Positions 1 to 13,265 of a stretch of 64,000 bases of DNA are shown one piece after another (the first letter of the stretch is position 1; each line of letters opens with the position of its first letter). This stretch comes from the human T2T-CHM13v2.0 reference genome, Homo sapiens, in NCBI RefSeq assembly GCF_009914755.1, contig NC_060928.1, one strand, 5' to 3'. The position numbers and the translations under genes were made by a program. The notes under the pieces are model-generated. The model worked only from the letters and a program-made list of their open reading frames with translations, was not told the origin of the DNA and ran no database searches.

Positions 1-155
1 TAAAAGGGGATAAAATGCCTATGTTAGGAAGTTATAGTGGAAATGAAGTCAAAGGAAAGAGTGTGGTAAAACAGCGAGCATGTATTTGGGACACGATAGC
101 AGCCAAAATATTGCTTAAGCATTACACATATGTAACGTATCTCCTGCTTACCTAG

Positions 156-457
<302 letters not shown>

Positions 458-1289
458 GCTGCTCACCCTGTTTGACGAAAAGTTTCAAGTGGCTCAGGTC
501 CTGGGTGGTCGGCGGGGACAGATGGGGAGAGGTCTACCCTCATTCCTGGGCCACTACACAAGCTGTAAATGTTCTGTAAGCTCTGCCGCCTCACCTTTGG
601 ACGAGTCATTCTTTCTCCGCAGTGTGCAGACACACCTGCAGGTTTTGGGGAGCAGAAAAATCTCATTCCACAAGTCTTAACACAAATCCTTTTCCCTGTC
701 ACTTAGGCCAGCTTCTCAGAGTCTCTGTCTTAGCTTTGCAGCGGCTGCCATGCTCAGGAATGTGATCTCTAGAGTATCAGGTGTGAACAGATGTGGGAAA
801 TATACCAAGAACACATAAATCAAAGTTGCATGATACAACCACAGAGGTGATAGAACAGAGGAGTCCCCAAATCCACCCCCATGAGGTCAAGAAAAATTTC
901 TCAGAGAAAGCATCCTTTGAAATGGGCTATTGTAAGAAAATAAGGAATTGCATGGGTGGGACAGATATGGGAGGGTATTCCAGGCAGATGAAATAAATTA
1001 TGAAGTACTGAATCCCAAATTATATATTTGTGTATACCCCGTTTGTTCCCTGCTAGTGAGTGCAAATAAGGGCATTTTAATGCCCCATCACCATGGCTCT
1101 TACTAGCCAAACTGAAGGGCATTAGCCAGCCCTGTCTTCAAACATGCTCCATCCACTGTTCTCTATCCCAGAACCTGTAGGAAAATATCAGAGATGTTGA
1201 GAGAGAAGCCCACTCATGTTCTGGTGCTCCACTTTCCCCATGGAAAGCTGCTCACTGGTAAGTGGCGTGACCCATGAAGGTCAGTGTCA

Positions 1290-1361
1290 ATGCCAGGGGG
1301 AGACAGTATATCCTGCTGGATGGAGATGCCGGGGGGAGACAGTATCTCCTGCTGGATGGAG
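1290..1361. repeat. 36-bp direct tandem duplication (2 copies)
   Basis: atgccagggggagacagtatatcctgctggatggag followed by atgccggggggagacagtatctcctgctggatggag (2 mismatches). Confidence 0.95.
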
Positions 1362-1738
1362 GGCGTGCAGTTCCTCCATCACAGCTTGACACTCCCAAAA
1401 AATAGCGACAACTTTGTTCAAGTGCAAAAAGAACAATCGGATTTGTATTGGAGAAACTTTACTCTGGCTGCTGGATGGGGACCGGATTTAGGGAGAACCA
1501 TCAGGAGCCTGTCCTCATTATTCAGGTACAAAATGATCATGGCATGAGTTGGCAGTGGCAGTTGTGATGAAAGGAAGTGGATAAACTTAAGAGATATTTA
1601 GAAGGAGAATCAATAGCACTTCGTGATCACCTGGAGACCCCGAGCAACAACAGGGCAAAGTCATGAGTAATTTAGCAGATTCTGGATTGGAAATGGGATG
1701 CAGAGTGCTGCTGGGCCCTCCGTGAGGCTGGGAGAGCT

Positions 1739-1739
<1 letters not shown>

Positions 1740-1780
<41 letters not shown>
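1740..1780. repeat. (GT)n microsatellite
   Basis: About 20 GT units. Confidence 0.98.
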
Positions 1781-1785
<5 letters not shown>

Positions 1786-1913
1786 TGGGTAAGTATTTGG
1801 GACAGGGAAGCTGGGACAATAACAAGGTTGAAACTCAACTTAGAGTTGGAGGTGCCTGTGGGATATTCAAGCAGAGGGTTTCCACCAAATGTCACAAGCT
1901 TGTCCTATTTCTT

Positions 1914-2427
1914 TTCTTTTTTTTTTTTATACTTGAAGTTTTAGGGTACATGTGCTGAACGTGCAGGTTTGTTACATATGTGTACATGTGCCACGTTGGT
2001 GTGCTGCAACCATTAACTTGTCATTTAGCATTAGGTATATCTCCTAATCCTATCCCTCCCCCCTGCCCCCACCCCACGACAGTCCCTGGTGTGTGATGTT
2101 CCCCTTCCTGTGTCCATGTGTTCTCATTGTTCAATTCCCACCTGTGAGTGAGAACATGCGGTGTTTGGATTTTTGTCCTTGTGATAGTTTGCTGAGAATG
2201 ACGGTTTCCAGCTTCATCTATGTCCCTACAAAGGACATGAACTCATCATTTTTTATGGCTGCATAGTATTCCATGGTGTATATGTGCCACCTTTTCTTAA
2301 TCCAGTCTATCATTGTGGACATTTGGGTTGGTTCCAAGTCTTTGCTATTGTGAATAGTGCCGCAGTAAACATACGTGTGCATGTGTCTTTATAGCAGCAT
2401 GATTTATAATCCTTTGGGTATATACCC
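1914..2427 (-). mobile_element. 5'-truncated L1PA (L1PA4-like) 3' end
   Basis: Antisense L1 3' UTR/ORF2 end (ttatacttgaagttttagggtacatgtgc...gatttataatcctttgggtatataccc); TSD cctatttctt at 1904-1913 and 2426-2435. Confidence 0.93.
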
Positions 2428-2834
2428 TATTTCTTCTTTGTGCATTTCCATGGGACTAGAATGAGCCCCTGCCCTCCGTGAGCCAACGCCAACTCTTTGT
2501 CCACATCCTCCACACCATCCTTCCCAGTGGCCCCAGGCCACACTGAGCCCCTAGCACCGGAATGCCTGGAGTCCCACTGTCTGTGCAGTTCACGAGCTGC
2601 TCAGAAGATGCTGCCTCCCCTAGTAAATCACAGCCTCCCCTAACCGAGAAGAGGGCTGCAAACAGTGGGAAGTTAAATATATATATATATTTTGTTTAGG
2701 TTGTTGGAAAAAGCCAGGAAATGCAAAGGTTCTAAATGATGAGAAACCAGATGAGATGAGGGTGATCTTTCTTTCTGAAGGACAGGAGAAATTGACTCTG
2801 TGTTCACAACATGAACAGCTAACCATTAGGGAAT

Positions 2835-3325
<491 letters not shown>

Positions 3326-3710
3326 TAAATCAGAATTCTAACTTGGTAGTTTAGGCTCTGAACCATTCAAAGAATCTTAATTTTTAAAGGAATAAACACA
3401 TATAAAGGAAGACTCATTCTTAAAGAAGGGAGTTGCCTTTAGAGGTGTAAGTATTTTGAGTCTTTGTACATATACGCTTTCTGTGTACTCTGTTCCCAAA
3501 AGAAGTAAAAGTTCTACCACCTAAAATTTTTTTATTGGAATTTACATCTTTATTGCTAGGTAAACATAAGTTACAACTGAACGACTTAGTCTCCTTTGAT
3601 CATATTTTAGTGTCAGATACCATTTTTTTTTTGTTTTTCCTAAGTAAATAATTGTCTTGTTTGTTTGCCTAGTTTTCCATGTAACTATTAGTAACTCATC
3701 TTCAAGCTTC

Positions 3711-4025
3711 TTTTTTTTATTTTATTTTATTTTTGAGGCAGGATCTCACTCTGTCACCTAAGCTGGAGTGCAGTGGTACAGTCATGGCTCACGGCAGCCT
3801 ACGGCCTTGACCTTCCCCAGGCTCAAGCCATCCTCCTGCCTCAGCCTCTCCAGTAGCTGGGACTACAGGGCATGCACCACCACACCCGGCTAAATTTTGT
3901 ATTTTTGGAGAGATGGTGTTTCACCATGTTGGCCAGGTTGGTCTCGAGCTCCTGAGCTCAAGCAATCCACCCTCCTTGGCTTCCCAAAGTGCTGAGATTA
4001 CAGGTGCAAGTCGCCACACCTCACC
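3711..4025 (-). mobile_element. Alu SINE (AluJ-like)
   Basis: Diverged antisense Alu with J-type motifs (caggatctcact, gggctcaagccatcctcc). Confidence 0.9.
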
Positions 4026-4124
4026 AATATCCTCAAATTTTCTGATAAAAAATATGATACTCTTCTCAGCCTGTCTACCACCTAACATTTAGCATAAATT
4101 TATTTTTTAAAAGTAGCCCCAATT

Positions 4125-4340
4125 TATTAAATACATGCTCTGTACTAGGCATAGTGCTAAGTAGCTTCCACTATTTGTAATTTTCACAGGAGTTCTATTC
4201 GCTAATTATGAGTCCCATATTCCACCTAGACACATTGAGTTTTGAAGGAGTTAAGCCATTTCCACTTAGCAAGTGGAAGGGTAGAATGGGACTCGAATCT
4301 GTGACTGACCAATCTCAGAATCCAAACTACTTTCTCTACC
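4125..4340 (-). mobile_element. MIR fragment
   Basis: Degenerate MIR motifs (tgtactaggcatagtgctaag...gggactcgaatc). Confidence 0.55.
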
Positions 4341-5661
4341 CCTTCTTAAAACAAACCTTGGCAACTCAGGGCTTACGAAATTGGCAAGTCCTTGAGAACA
4401 CAACTAGTGACCATGGTAAACTACGGAAGCTCTTCAAGCTGCGTTCAGGCTGCACACTGGAATCCCATCTGAGTTTCAGAGGAGGGGGAAGCTTCCTTTC
4501 TCCAAGAGTTGTCAGGAGTAACTCACTGTTCTGGGCAATGGTGGCCACAGTGCTAAATACAGACGGTAAACTACACTCCTTCTGGAAAGAATAAAATCCA
4601 GCACATACACGTGAAAGATGATAGCTGCTGTGTGGGAGAATGGAGTGAACACATGAGTTTTAATATTCTGAATGTGTAAAAAAGGCAATTTCTTATTATA
4701 AGGGCGTTCTGTATATTCTGTCAGCATAGAAGAGACAAAAGGGACTAAAACTTTTAAAATTGAATGTCATCTACATTTTTAGCTTGGATGGATGGTAGAA
4801 AATTGCTTCATGAATCATGTGGAATAGATGGAAAGGGAAAGTGGAAAAAATGGAACAAGTCCCAGCTGTGAAACAAAAGGATTTTGAGTCCATTTCCTGA
4901 GTTCAGTAAAAAGCTGTGTGATATTTGGAGGAGTCTCCTAACTTCTTAGCACTTCAACTTACTTGACCATAAATTATAGATTATAATACCTACTTTATAA
5001 GACAAACAAACAAATACATGCGTGCAAGGCTAATGTGGAAATGCATTCACTCCACAATTACTGTTCTTAACTCCTACTTTTCATAGTGCTATACCTCTAA
5101 AATGGTTTTATATGCATTATTTCATCTAACCACACAATACTATAAGACGTTTAAAGATGTGGTGCTAGAATATAAAATTCCCAATTTTAACATTTGAAAA
5201 CAGGAACTATAATTTTAAAGCATGTATTATAAGAATAATATTTCTTTAAGACTATTCTTACTATTTTATATTTAAACACATTCTTTTACTGTTAACTTCA
5301 AATTCACTGCATTGTATTGTGAAAGAAGAATTTTAATGATCTTTCTGACTGTCAGAAGTTCTCTTGCTCATTCTTCATAGGAAATAGGTGCTGTTACGTT
5401 CTTGTTTATTTTTTCTACACATAGTTATCTTATTGTGAAAGGCTGTTTTGCAAGAAATAGGAAATCTGCTTACCACAAATTCTGATAATTAGATGGTGAA
5501 ATGAGACCCACCTAAGATGATTAAAGAGTTAGAAAATATGGCCTAAGTAGAAGCATTAACACAGTTACGCTGTATAATTTTTAATCCTTTTTTTAAAGAA
5601 TGGGTTGATTTAACAACAAACTGTTTCAGGTAGCTGCCAATAATATTTCTATCTATCTTAA

Positions 5662-5956
5662 TTTTTTTTTTTTTTTAAGTCAGAGTCTCAGTCTGTCACC
5701 CAGGCTGGAGTACAGTGGCGCTATTTTGGCTTGCAGCAACTTCTGCCTCCTGGGTTCAAGCGACTCTCTTGCCTCAGCCTCCTGAGTAGCTGGGATTACA
5801 GGCGCGTGCCACCATGCCTGGCTGATTTTTATATTTTTAGTAAAGACAGGGTTTCACCATGTTGGTCAGGCTGGTCTTGACCTCCTGACCTCGTGATCCA
5901 CCCGCCTCAGCCTCCTAAAGTGCTGGGATTACAGGCGTGAGCCACTGTGCTCAGCC
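5662..5956 (-). mobile_element. Alu SINE (AluS)
   Basis: Antisense full Alu dimer after poly-T. Confidence 0.95.
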
Positions 5957-6074
5957 CTTCATTTCTTATAGATCAAGAAAAACTGAGTTTTTATTGCTGC
6001 ATGAGATCAATAGTTTAGGAATAAAGGGTAATTTTTGATAGGATTTATGTAGTGGCAACATGACTAAGCTGAAA

Positions 6075-6265
6075 GAGCTAGGAATTGGAAGACCTGTATG
6101 AATGACCTAGCTCTTCTGCTTAATTGGTGGCTTGATCTTGGCCACGTTTTCAGATGAGCCTCCCTTGCTTGTTTGTAATGGGAAGAAGCTGTGCGTGCCT
6201 CCCACCTCACCTGTTGTGAAGGTCCAAATAAGAAAATGCATAAAAAGCACTTTGTAAACTGTAAG
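6075..6265 (+). mobile_element. MIR fragment
   Basis: gtgatcttggcc...gagcctc...tttgtaatggg...aaagcactttgtaaactgtaa resembles the MIR 3' half. Confidence 0.6.
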
Positions 6266-7384
6266 GGCCAAACAGATAAAGCTGTTTTTGAATGAGGGAA
6301 TTGGAGACAGAAATCTTTTTTTGCTAAAAGTCTTCAAAAGTAAGTCAGAATCTCATTTTTCTGGGGGTAGTTCTAGCCAGTCTTTTCCACAAGTAGCAAG
6401 AAAGACTAGGGGAGCACTGTCAACATTTGTCATGAGGGGGTCGGGGGTTTTGTTCTGCTTGCATATATAGCTGAAAACTTCAAGACTCTTTATGAACTGA
6501 CTTGACAAGATACTCCATCACCAGCCGTGATTATCTGGTATAAAAGCCTTATGGGGATGTTGCTCTTTGTCCTGAACTCTCTCTCTCTTTTTTCCGACTC
6601 CTGTGTCTGGCGAGTACATACTCCCTTCTTTGTACTATGCTGGAACACCTTGCTGTGCTGCAGTCATCATTGTTGAATCCGACGTGGCTTCCCTCATTCG
6701 TGCAATAGGAAATTCACTAATTAATGACTGTATGCCAGCTGTGCCTCCCAGCCGCTCTTCACCCTGCCCTGTTGTACTTGCACATCCCCATTCCTTCCCT
6801 CCCACTGCCTATCTCCACAGCGGAAGCTGGACACCCTGGAACACCTACATTCTAAAACTGATTTTAAGTCTAACAGGATGAGAATGTCCTACTAGGCTAC
6901 CTGAGAACTTGATCTATAAACTGTACCGGTCACATACCCCCACTCTTTCAGAAATTGCTTGTATTTTATTGTAAAAATTATTGTTACAGGGTTAAGTGCT
7001 GCTAGGAAAGTCATGCCGCAAGGAGAGCAAACAGCCCTCGTGTCCTGGGCATGTCCTGATTTCTTCCGCTTCAATCGGTGCCACTATTCTTTTTATCAAG
7101 ACCTGAAATTATTCTATAATTTCCTTCCAGCACCAAAGATGCTATATTTTGAAATATTTTTATCTATTAAATTGCTTTTCATTCAGTAATATTTTTGTCT
7201 TTATTAATCAGATCTATCAATCAAAATTCATGATCAGGGTGAGACAACTATTTGTTACCACACATGGCTGATAAACTCGCAGCCAGAAGCAAACGATTTT
7301 GCGGTTTTTCTTAGCCTGGGCTGCTTTAAGGAGTGTAAATTTATGAATCTCAATTTCACTGTTTGGAAGTATCTATAAGAGCTC

Positions 7385-7785
7385 TGTTATGGACGGCAGA
7401 TTTTGGTTCCCCCATCCTGCCCCTCTTCCACATGTCAAAGACCTGACCCTCCAGTGAGATGGTGTTTGGAGCTAGGGCCCTTGGGGGGTAATTAAGTTTA
7501 GATGAGATCATGAGGGTGGACCTCTCGTGATGGGATTAGTGGCCTTCTAAAAATAGGAAGAGAGAGAGATCTCTCTCCAAACACACGCATCAAGGAAAAG
7601 CCACGTAAGAACATAGCAGCAAGAAGGCAGCATTCTGCAAATTAGGAAGAGGGCCCATACCACAACCCAACAGTGCTGGCAGCCTGATCTCAGCCCTCCA
7701 GACTGCAGAACTGTGAGAAATAAGTATCTGTTCTTTAGGCCACCCAGTCTATGGTATTTTGTTATAGCAGCCCTGGCTCATTAAG
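7385..7785 (+). mobile_element. MaLR solo LTR (MLT1A/B-like)
   Basis: tgttatggac...ttagatgagatcatgagggtgg...cagaactgtgagaaataa...cccagtctatggtattttgttatagcagcc. Confidence 0.85.
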
Positions 7786-7839
7786 AGGAGCGCTCTCAAT
7801 CCTCTTGCTATCTCCTTGCACCCTTAGGATTGAGAACTT

Positions 7840-8131
<292 letters not shown>

Positions 8132-8978
8132 AGGATTGAGAACTTCCAACATGGGAACCACTACAACAGAACAAGACCCTTGAAACAGGTTTGTGATTGT
8201 AATTCCTTAATGCTGACCATGATGTGTAAATTACAATATGTGGCTTTCATTAATTCAACATTAGTTTGAGCCATTCTATTCGATTATATTATCAGTCACC
8301 ATATATTAGTTATTCTGTGGGCTCAGGAAAATATGCTAAGTATTTTATTTGTGTGGGAAATATGTTTTTTAAGACCAAGTATTTGTAAATGTTCTCTTTT
8401 CTGTAGGATTTTTTTTCTTTTGGATACAAATATAGTTAAAGCTCATTGAGAACCTGCCTGATGGATGCTTCTATGCCTTGTTTCTAACAGTTCCCCAACA
8501 CTTTAAGAAACTGAATATTAAAGAAGATATTTGTCCAGGGCCACTCAACTGGCTGGTGGTAGAGCTGAGATCTGCCTTCTAGGTTTTATGCCTCCAAAGC
8601 TCCTGAACTTCAAAGTAGATTTCACAGTCACTTTAGCAAATGGTCTGACCCACATTCTTCCCAAAATTAGATTTACTGCTCAAGTCAATTGGAGTCTTTA
8701 AAAAGTTACTTATTTTCATGGCCTAGACTCAGACAAATGCATTCCTAGTGAAACTGAAGGCCTGGGTCACTGAGGTATTGGCCTTTCAGTCAGCCCACCA
8801 TCGTGGCCACCACCTAAGGTGGATGAGTTGTCATGCAAGGAGAATGAGGAGGGTGGGAAGGGTTCTTATGCTTACCCATGAAGAACTGGGGAGATTCTGT
8901 CTGGAGAGGAGAGAAAAGAACCCATGCCTTTCAGCAGGAAGAGATATCTTGTCATCTGATATTTAAGTAACATTTCAT

Positions 8979-9291
<313 letters not shown>

Positions 9292-9323
9292 TCAGCAGTG
9301 ATTTTACTAACCATACCCTTTAA

Positions 9324-9324
<1 letters not shown>

Positions 9325-9358
<34 letters not shown>

Positions 9359-9367
9359 ACACACACA
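9325..9367. repeat. (CA)n microsatellite
   Basis: CA run with one interruption. Confidence 0.95.
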
Positions 9368-9377
9368 TGTAAAAGAG

Positions 9378-9535
9378 ACTTCTGGCTCTGCCACTTTCTA
9401 GCTGTCTGACGTCTGTTTCAGTTTTCCCATCTGTAAATTGGGGCTTAATAATTGTACCTAATTTTTAGAGTTCTTATAGAGATTAGATATCTTCATACAG
9501 ATAAGTCCCTTAGAAAGATTCCTGACACAATAATG
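9378..9535 (+). mobile_element. MIR fragment
   Basis: ctggctctgccacttt...cagttttcccatctgtaaattgggg...taataattgtaccta. Confidence 0.7.
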
Positions 9536-10894
9536 TTGGATATTATGACAGTAATTATTATTTTCAGACTGTATGCTCTGATGCCTATAAATAAATATGC
9601 CAATAGAAATACATCCTCCTGACTTTTATTTGACTTGGCCCATGCTGCAATATATAATGTCCATTTACTGCTCCATTCCCTTTGTAATCACCACTTCCCA
9701 AAATAATGATTCCTTCTCATTTGAGGCGTCTTGCAGAAAACACTGGAATGAGATTTGAAATCACAATCAACACATCCCCAAAGACATAGGTTAAAAACTT
9801 ATTGATCCAATCCAGTGAACAAAATAGAGACTACTCAAATCAAAGATGGTGCAAAGATAAATGTGAAGGTCATATTAACACAAGGAAATGTTGCCAAGGT
9901 AGGAAATAAATATCAACCAAAAAATGACAACAGCCTGGAAAAATGCAAACTAGAAAATCTGGAGGGAAGGAAGTGCTGAAATATAAACCAGGAATATGCT
10001 TCAAAAAAGTCTGGTATAAAATACAAAATAAGCTTGAAATAAAGCAAAAAATGTATGATCTTAAGAACTACAGTTAAGGAGACGTGAATGCCTTATCTTA
10101 TAAGCTTCTTAAAGGCATTGAATTTGCTTGGTCTTTAACAGATATATAAATGTCATATAATATCATACTTGTTTTTAACTATCTGGTTGAGGTATGACAG
10201 TAGGAATAAGTGTTAGAATCATTAATCTGTTTTTAATTCTGTTTTCAAATCTTGTGCATGAGTGTGCAGGTTAGTGAGCAGCTGGGTACTGGTGTACTGA
10301 CCCTACCACTTTTTCCTACACATTTTCATCCAGTTAAGCAATAGTGGGGGAATCTAGCAGAATTCAAATCATCAGCTTTATGACTTGTAAATTGAATTAG
10401 AGCATTCGATTTTGGTCTGCAGACTGCCCACTCCCCTTTTAAATTAGATTCACTCTCCTAGTCCCAGGCACAACTGTCCATGTACTGTCTTTGCAGATGG
10501 CTTCCATTTCTTGGGCTAAGACTATTGCTCTAATCCTGGAGTATAAGAAACATAGTAAAACATGTCAATATAGGAAAACATAGTAAGCAGATCATGGATC
10601 TTGGAAGTCAGACAGACCAGAATTCATATCTGGCTTTGCTACTTATCAGTTTTATCATCCTGAGGAAGTTATTTAAATTCTTCAGACATCCTATTACTCT
10701 TCTCTAGTATGCTTGCTCCAGATGGAAATGTCAGAATCCAAAATCCACAATGTAAGCATATAAATTTTTTATTTAACTAGATCAATTTCTGATGTTAAAC
10801 TTTTGTTTGGAGAATGCATCTTCACTTTGAACTGGAGGCAAACTATTCACTGGAATAGTCTCTTTCCTCCAAATTACTTTTCAGAGAACTTTTG

Positions 10895-11049
10895 TTCTTC
10901 CTCTCCTCCTTCCTTCCTTTCTTTCCTTCCTTCTTTTTCTTTCTTTATCCCTTCCTTTTTTCCCTTCTTACTCTCTTTCTTTCTTTCCTTCCTCCCTCCC
11001 TCTCTCTTTCCTTCCTCCCTCCCTCTCTCCTTCCTTCCTTTCTTCCTTT
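10895..11049. repeat. CT-rich polypyrimidine low-complexity tract followed by an A-run
   Basis: About 150 bp of degenerate (TTCC/TCCC/TTTC)n with almost no purines. Confidence 0.92.
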
Positions 11050-11235
11050 GGAAAAAAAAAAAAAGAAAGAAAATTCTTGTTTTACAATACTGGTAGAACA
11101 CAGGCTTCGTCAGGTTGAGGGCTTCTACCCACCATGCAGTGGTGTTACAGACCGTTTCTACATCTTAAAGTTGTCAAGGGTGTCGGGGTGGAGAGGAGGG
11201 ACGCTTGCCTGAGTCCTCAGTATCCATGTTATGGG

Positions 11236-11254
11236 TGAGTCAGGTGTTGACTCA
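11236..11254. promoter_or_regulatory. Paired AP-1 motifs (TGAGTCA-N5-TGACTCA)
   Basis: Two perfect TGA(G/C)TCA heptamers 5 bp apart; function not shown. Confidence 0.4.
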
Positions 11255-11373
11255 TCTCACACGGCCCCATCCTGGTCCACGGCTTTGGCAGATTCTCTGC
11301 TACAATGGGGACAAGATCTTTTTGAAATTGCCCCTACTTCCCTCTGCCAGCTGCTCTTTGAATCCACACTCAC

Positions 11374-11676
11374 CTGGAGGCTCACAGCCTCCAGGAAGCA
11401 ATGCCAGAAATCTGGGGCTGGGTTTCCCCTGATGCAGGACCTCAAAATATATATTCTTCTTTTCTGTTCCCCTTCAACCATTGAAGACATTTTTTTTTTC
11501 TAATTTGTGGTGGGGAAACAGCTCCTTTCTCCTATTTGCAGCTCCAAGATGATACTCCTTTGGTGAGCTAATTCTCTTGTACATTTCTTCTGCTTCGTCT
11601 GAAAAGTCTTTGATTTCTTCAAAGAACTTAGACTTTTCTTCCTGCTCCCTCCTAAGACATTGTGGTATCTTCTTGA
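11374..11676 (-). other. Candidate spliced exon (probably non-coding)
   Basis: Minus-strand acceptor ttttaacctgtctgtttctttcag| and donor ccag|gtgagt; purine-rich body. Confidence 0.4.
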
Positions 11677-13175
11677 CTGAAAGAAACAGACAGGTTAAAA
11701 TGTGTGCATGGGGGTAGGGGTTGGAGGAGGAGAACAAAACAAAGCAAAACTTACACACACAAGTTAATATCTGAGTACAGCACCCAGTTATAGCACCTGC
11801 GTGCTATTGATTGGAGATAAATGTGCCCTGTCTATAGGACATTAGTAACATAAGGTATATTCTATTAGAAATAATGCATGTAAGTGATGGATCATTTTTG
11901 TTGAATAATGTGAAAATCATTACAGTGAAAAGAGAAGACTTCAGACCTACAACTGTGTTTGTGTATGTGTATCCCTCGTGTCTGTATATATATTTAGAAT
12001 ACTTAAAACACATTCAATTTACTAATGGTTTACTGCTTCCCATGCCCTGTTTGCTGTACAGCTAGTATTGTGCTAAATATAATGGTAGATATGAAGTAAG
12101 CTTCACACATGTAAAATTCTTTCGGAGTTATATGGAACGACTAGGAAATTATTTGTCAGAGCAGCTTTGACTTCACTCTTTAAAAAAGTCTCTCTGAAAA
12201 GTTGACACTTTTGTCAAAAAGATTCCCACATAATATGACAACATAAGAGTAAACTTGCACTGATACAGAGTCAAAAATAAGAAGTCCTTCTACATGACTT
12301 CAAGCTCCCAGTCAGATTTCCTTGTAGATGACTGACTACTCCAGAAGAACTTTAAAGAATTCTGGCATGCCCAGTAATGAAGGGGACCCGTCCAGCACTG
12401 AAGGAACAAGAGGATTTCTAAAAAGGGACACTTTTCTAATGCGATTCACTGATCTATTTAGAAACCATGGCACAAATGAAAACATCAAGTGTTTGTGTTA
12501 GAAAACTGATGAACCCTGATGAACACAAATAAGTGATGTTTTCATGTTTTTTTTTTTTGCTAAGAAAAAAGATTATAGAAAAATAGCAGGCAACCCTTAT
12601 TTGCCAATTAGACACAAAATGAAATCAAAACCCAACATTTATAGAAAGAACAATTAAGAAACTTTTGGCCAACTACAAGTTCAAAGAAAATAACAATAGT
12701 AGGCGACAAAGTAGAAATAAGTCGTTTTGCTCTGAAAGGTTATAGTTGAAAGAAGGTGACTATCTAGCCTAGAGATTTCGTAGAAATTGTGGCATAGTAA
12801 ACTCACCTAAAAAGTGTTACAGTATTTCAAATTAGCTGCTCACAAAAGCGAAAGCCAAGTCTCATTTTTATAAACTCCAGTCCTTCTGTCCAAGTTCTTT
12901 TGTGTTAACTGGATTCTACAGTCTTTTTTTAAAAGAAAACAACAACAACAACAAAACAAAAAAAACACTTAATGGATTAAGGTTGCATCTTGGGATTTAG
13001 TCATTTTAATATGTGGAACTTCTCTCATAATTCTTGATGAATGTTCTTTCAAATTTTACCTGCGTCATATTTCACAAATATTGATTGCAGACAGCAAATG
13101 TTGCTCACTTCTTCACCAATTGTTTTCTCAGACTCAATCCTCGTTTTAGTTGCCACTGACAGACTTTGTACTCAC

Positions 13176-13265
13176 CCAAGAACATTTTAGAGGAGACCTA
13201 GAGCTTTTAGTTGGACATTTTCTTGGAAGCATCTATCTCTTATGTAATTCAAGCCTTGCTTGAAA
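13176..13265 (-). other. Candidate 90-nt non-coding exon
   Basis: Acceptor ttgttttctccacatttag| and donor ttgg|gtgagt; stops in all three frames. Confidence 0.4.

Noticed and set aside
10803-11212. F/L/S/P-rich and K/E/R-rich ORFs
   Set aside because: Artefacts of the CT-rich low-complexity tract.
12328-12501. 57-aa ATG-initiated plus-strand ORF (MTDYSRRTLKNSG...) after a ttccttgtag acceptor-like site
   Set aside because: No recognisable homology, and ORFs of this size are expected by chance.
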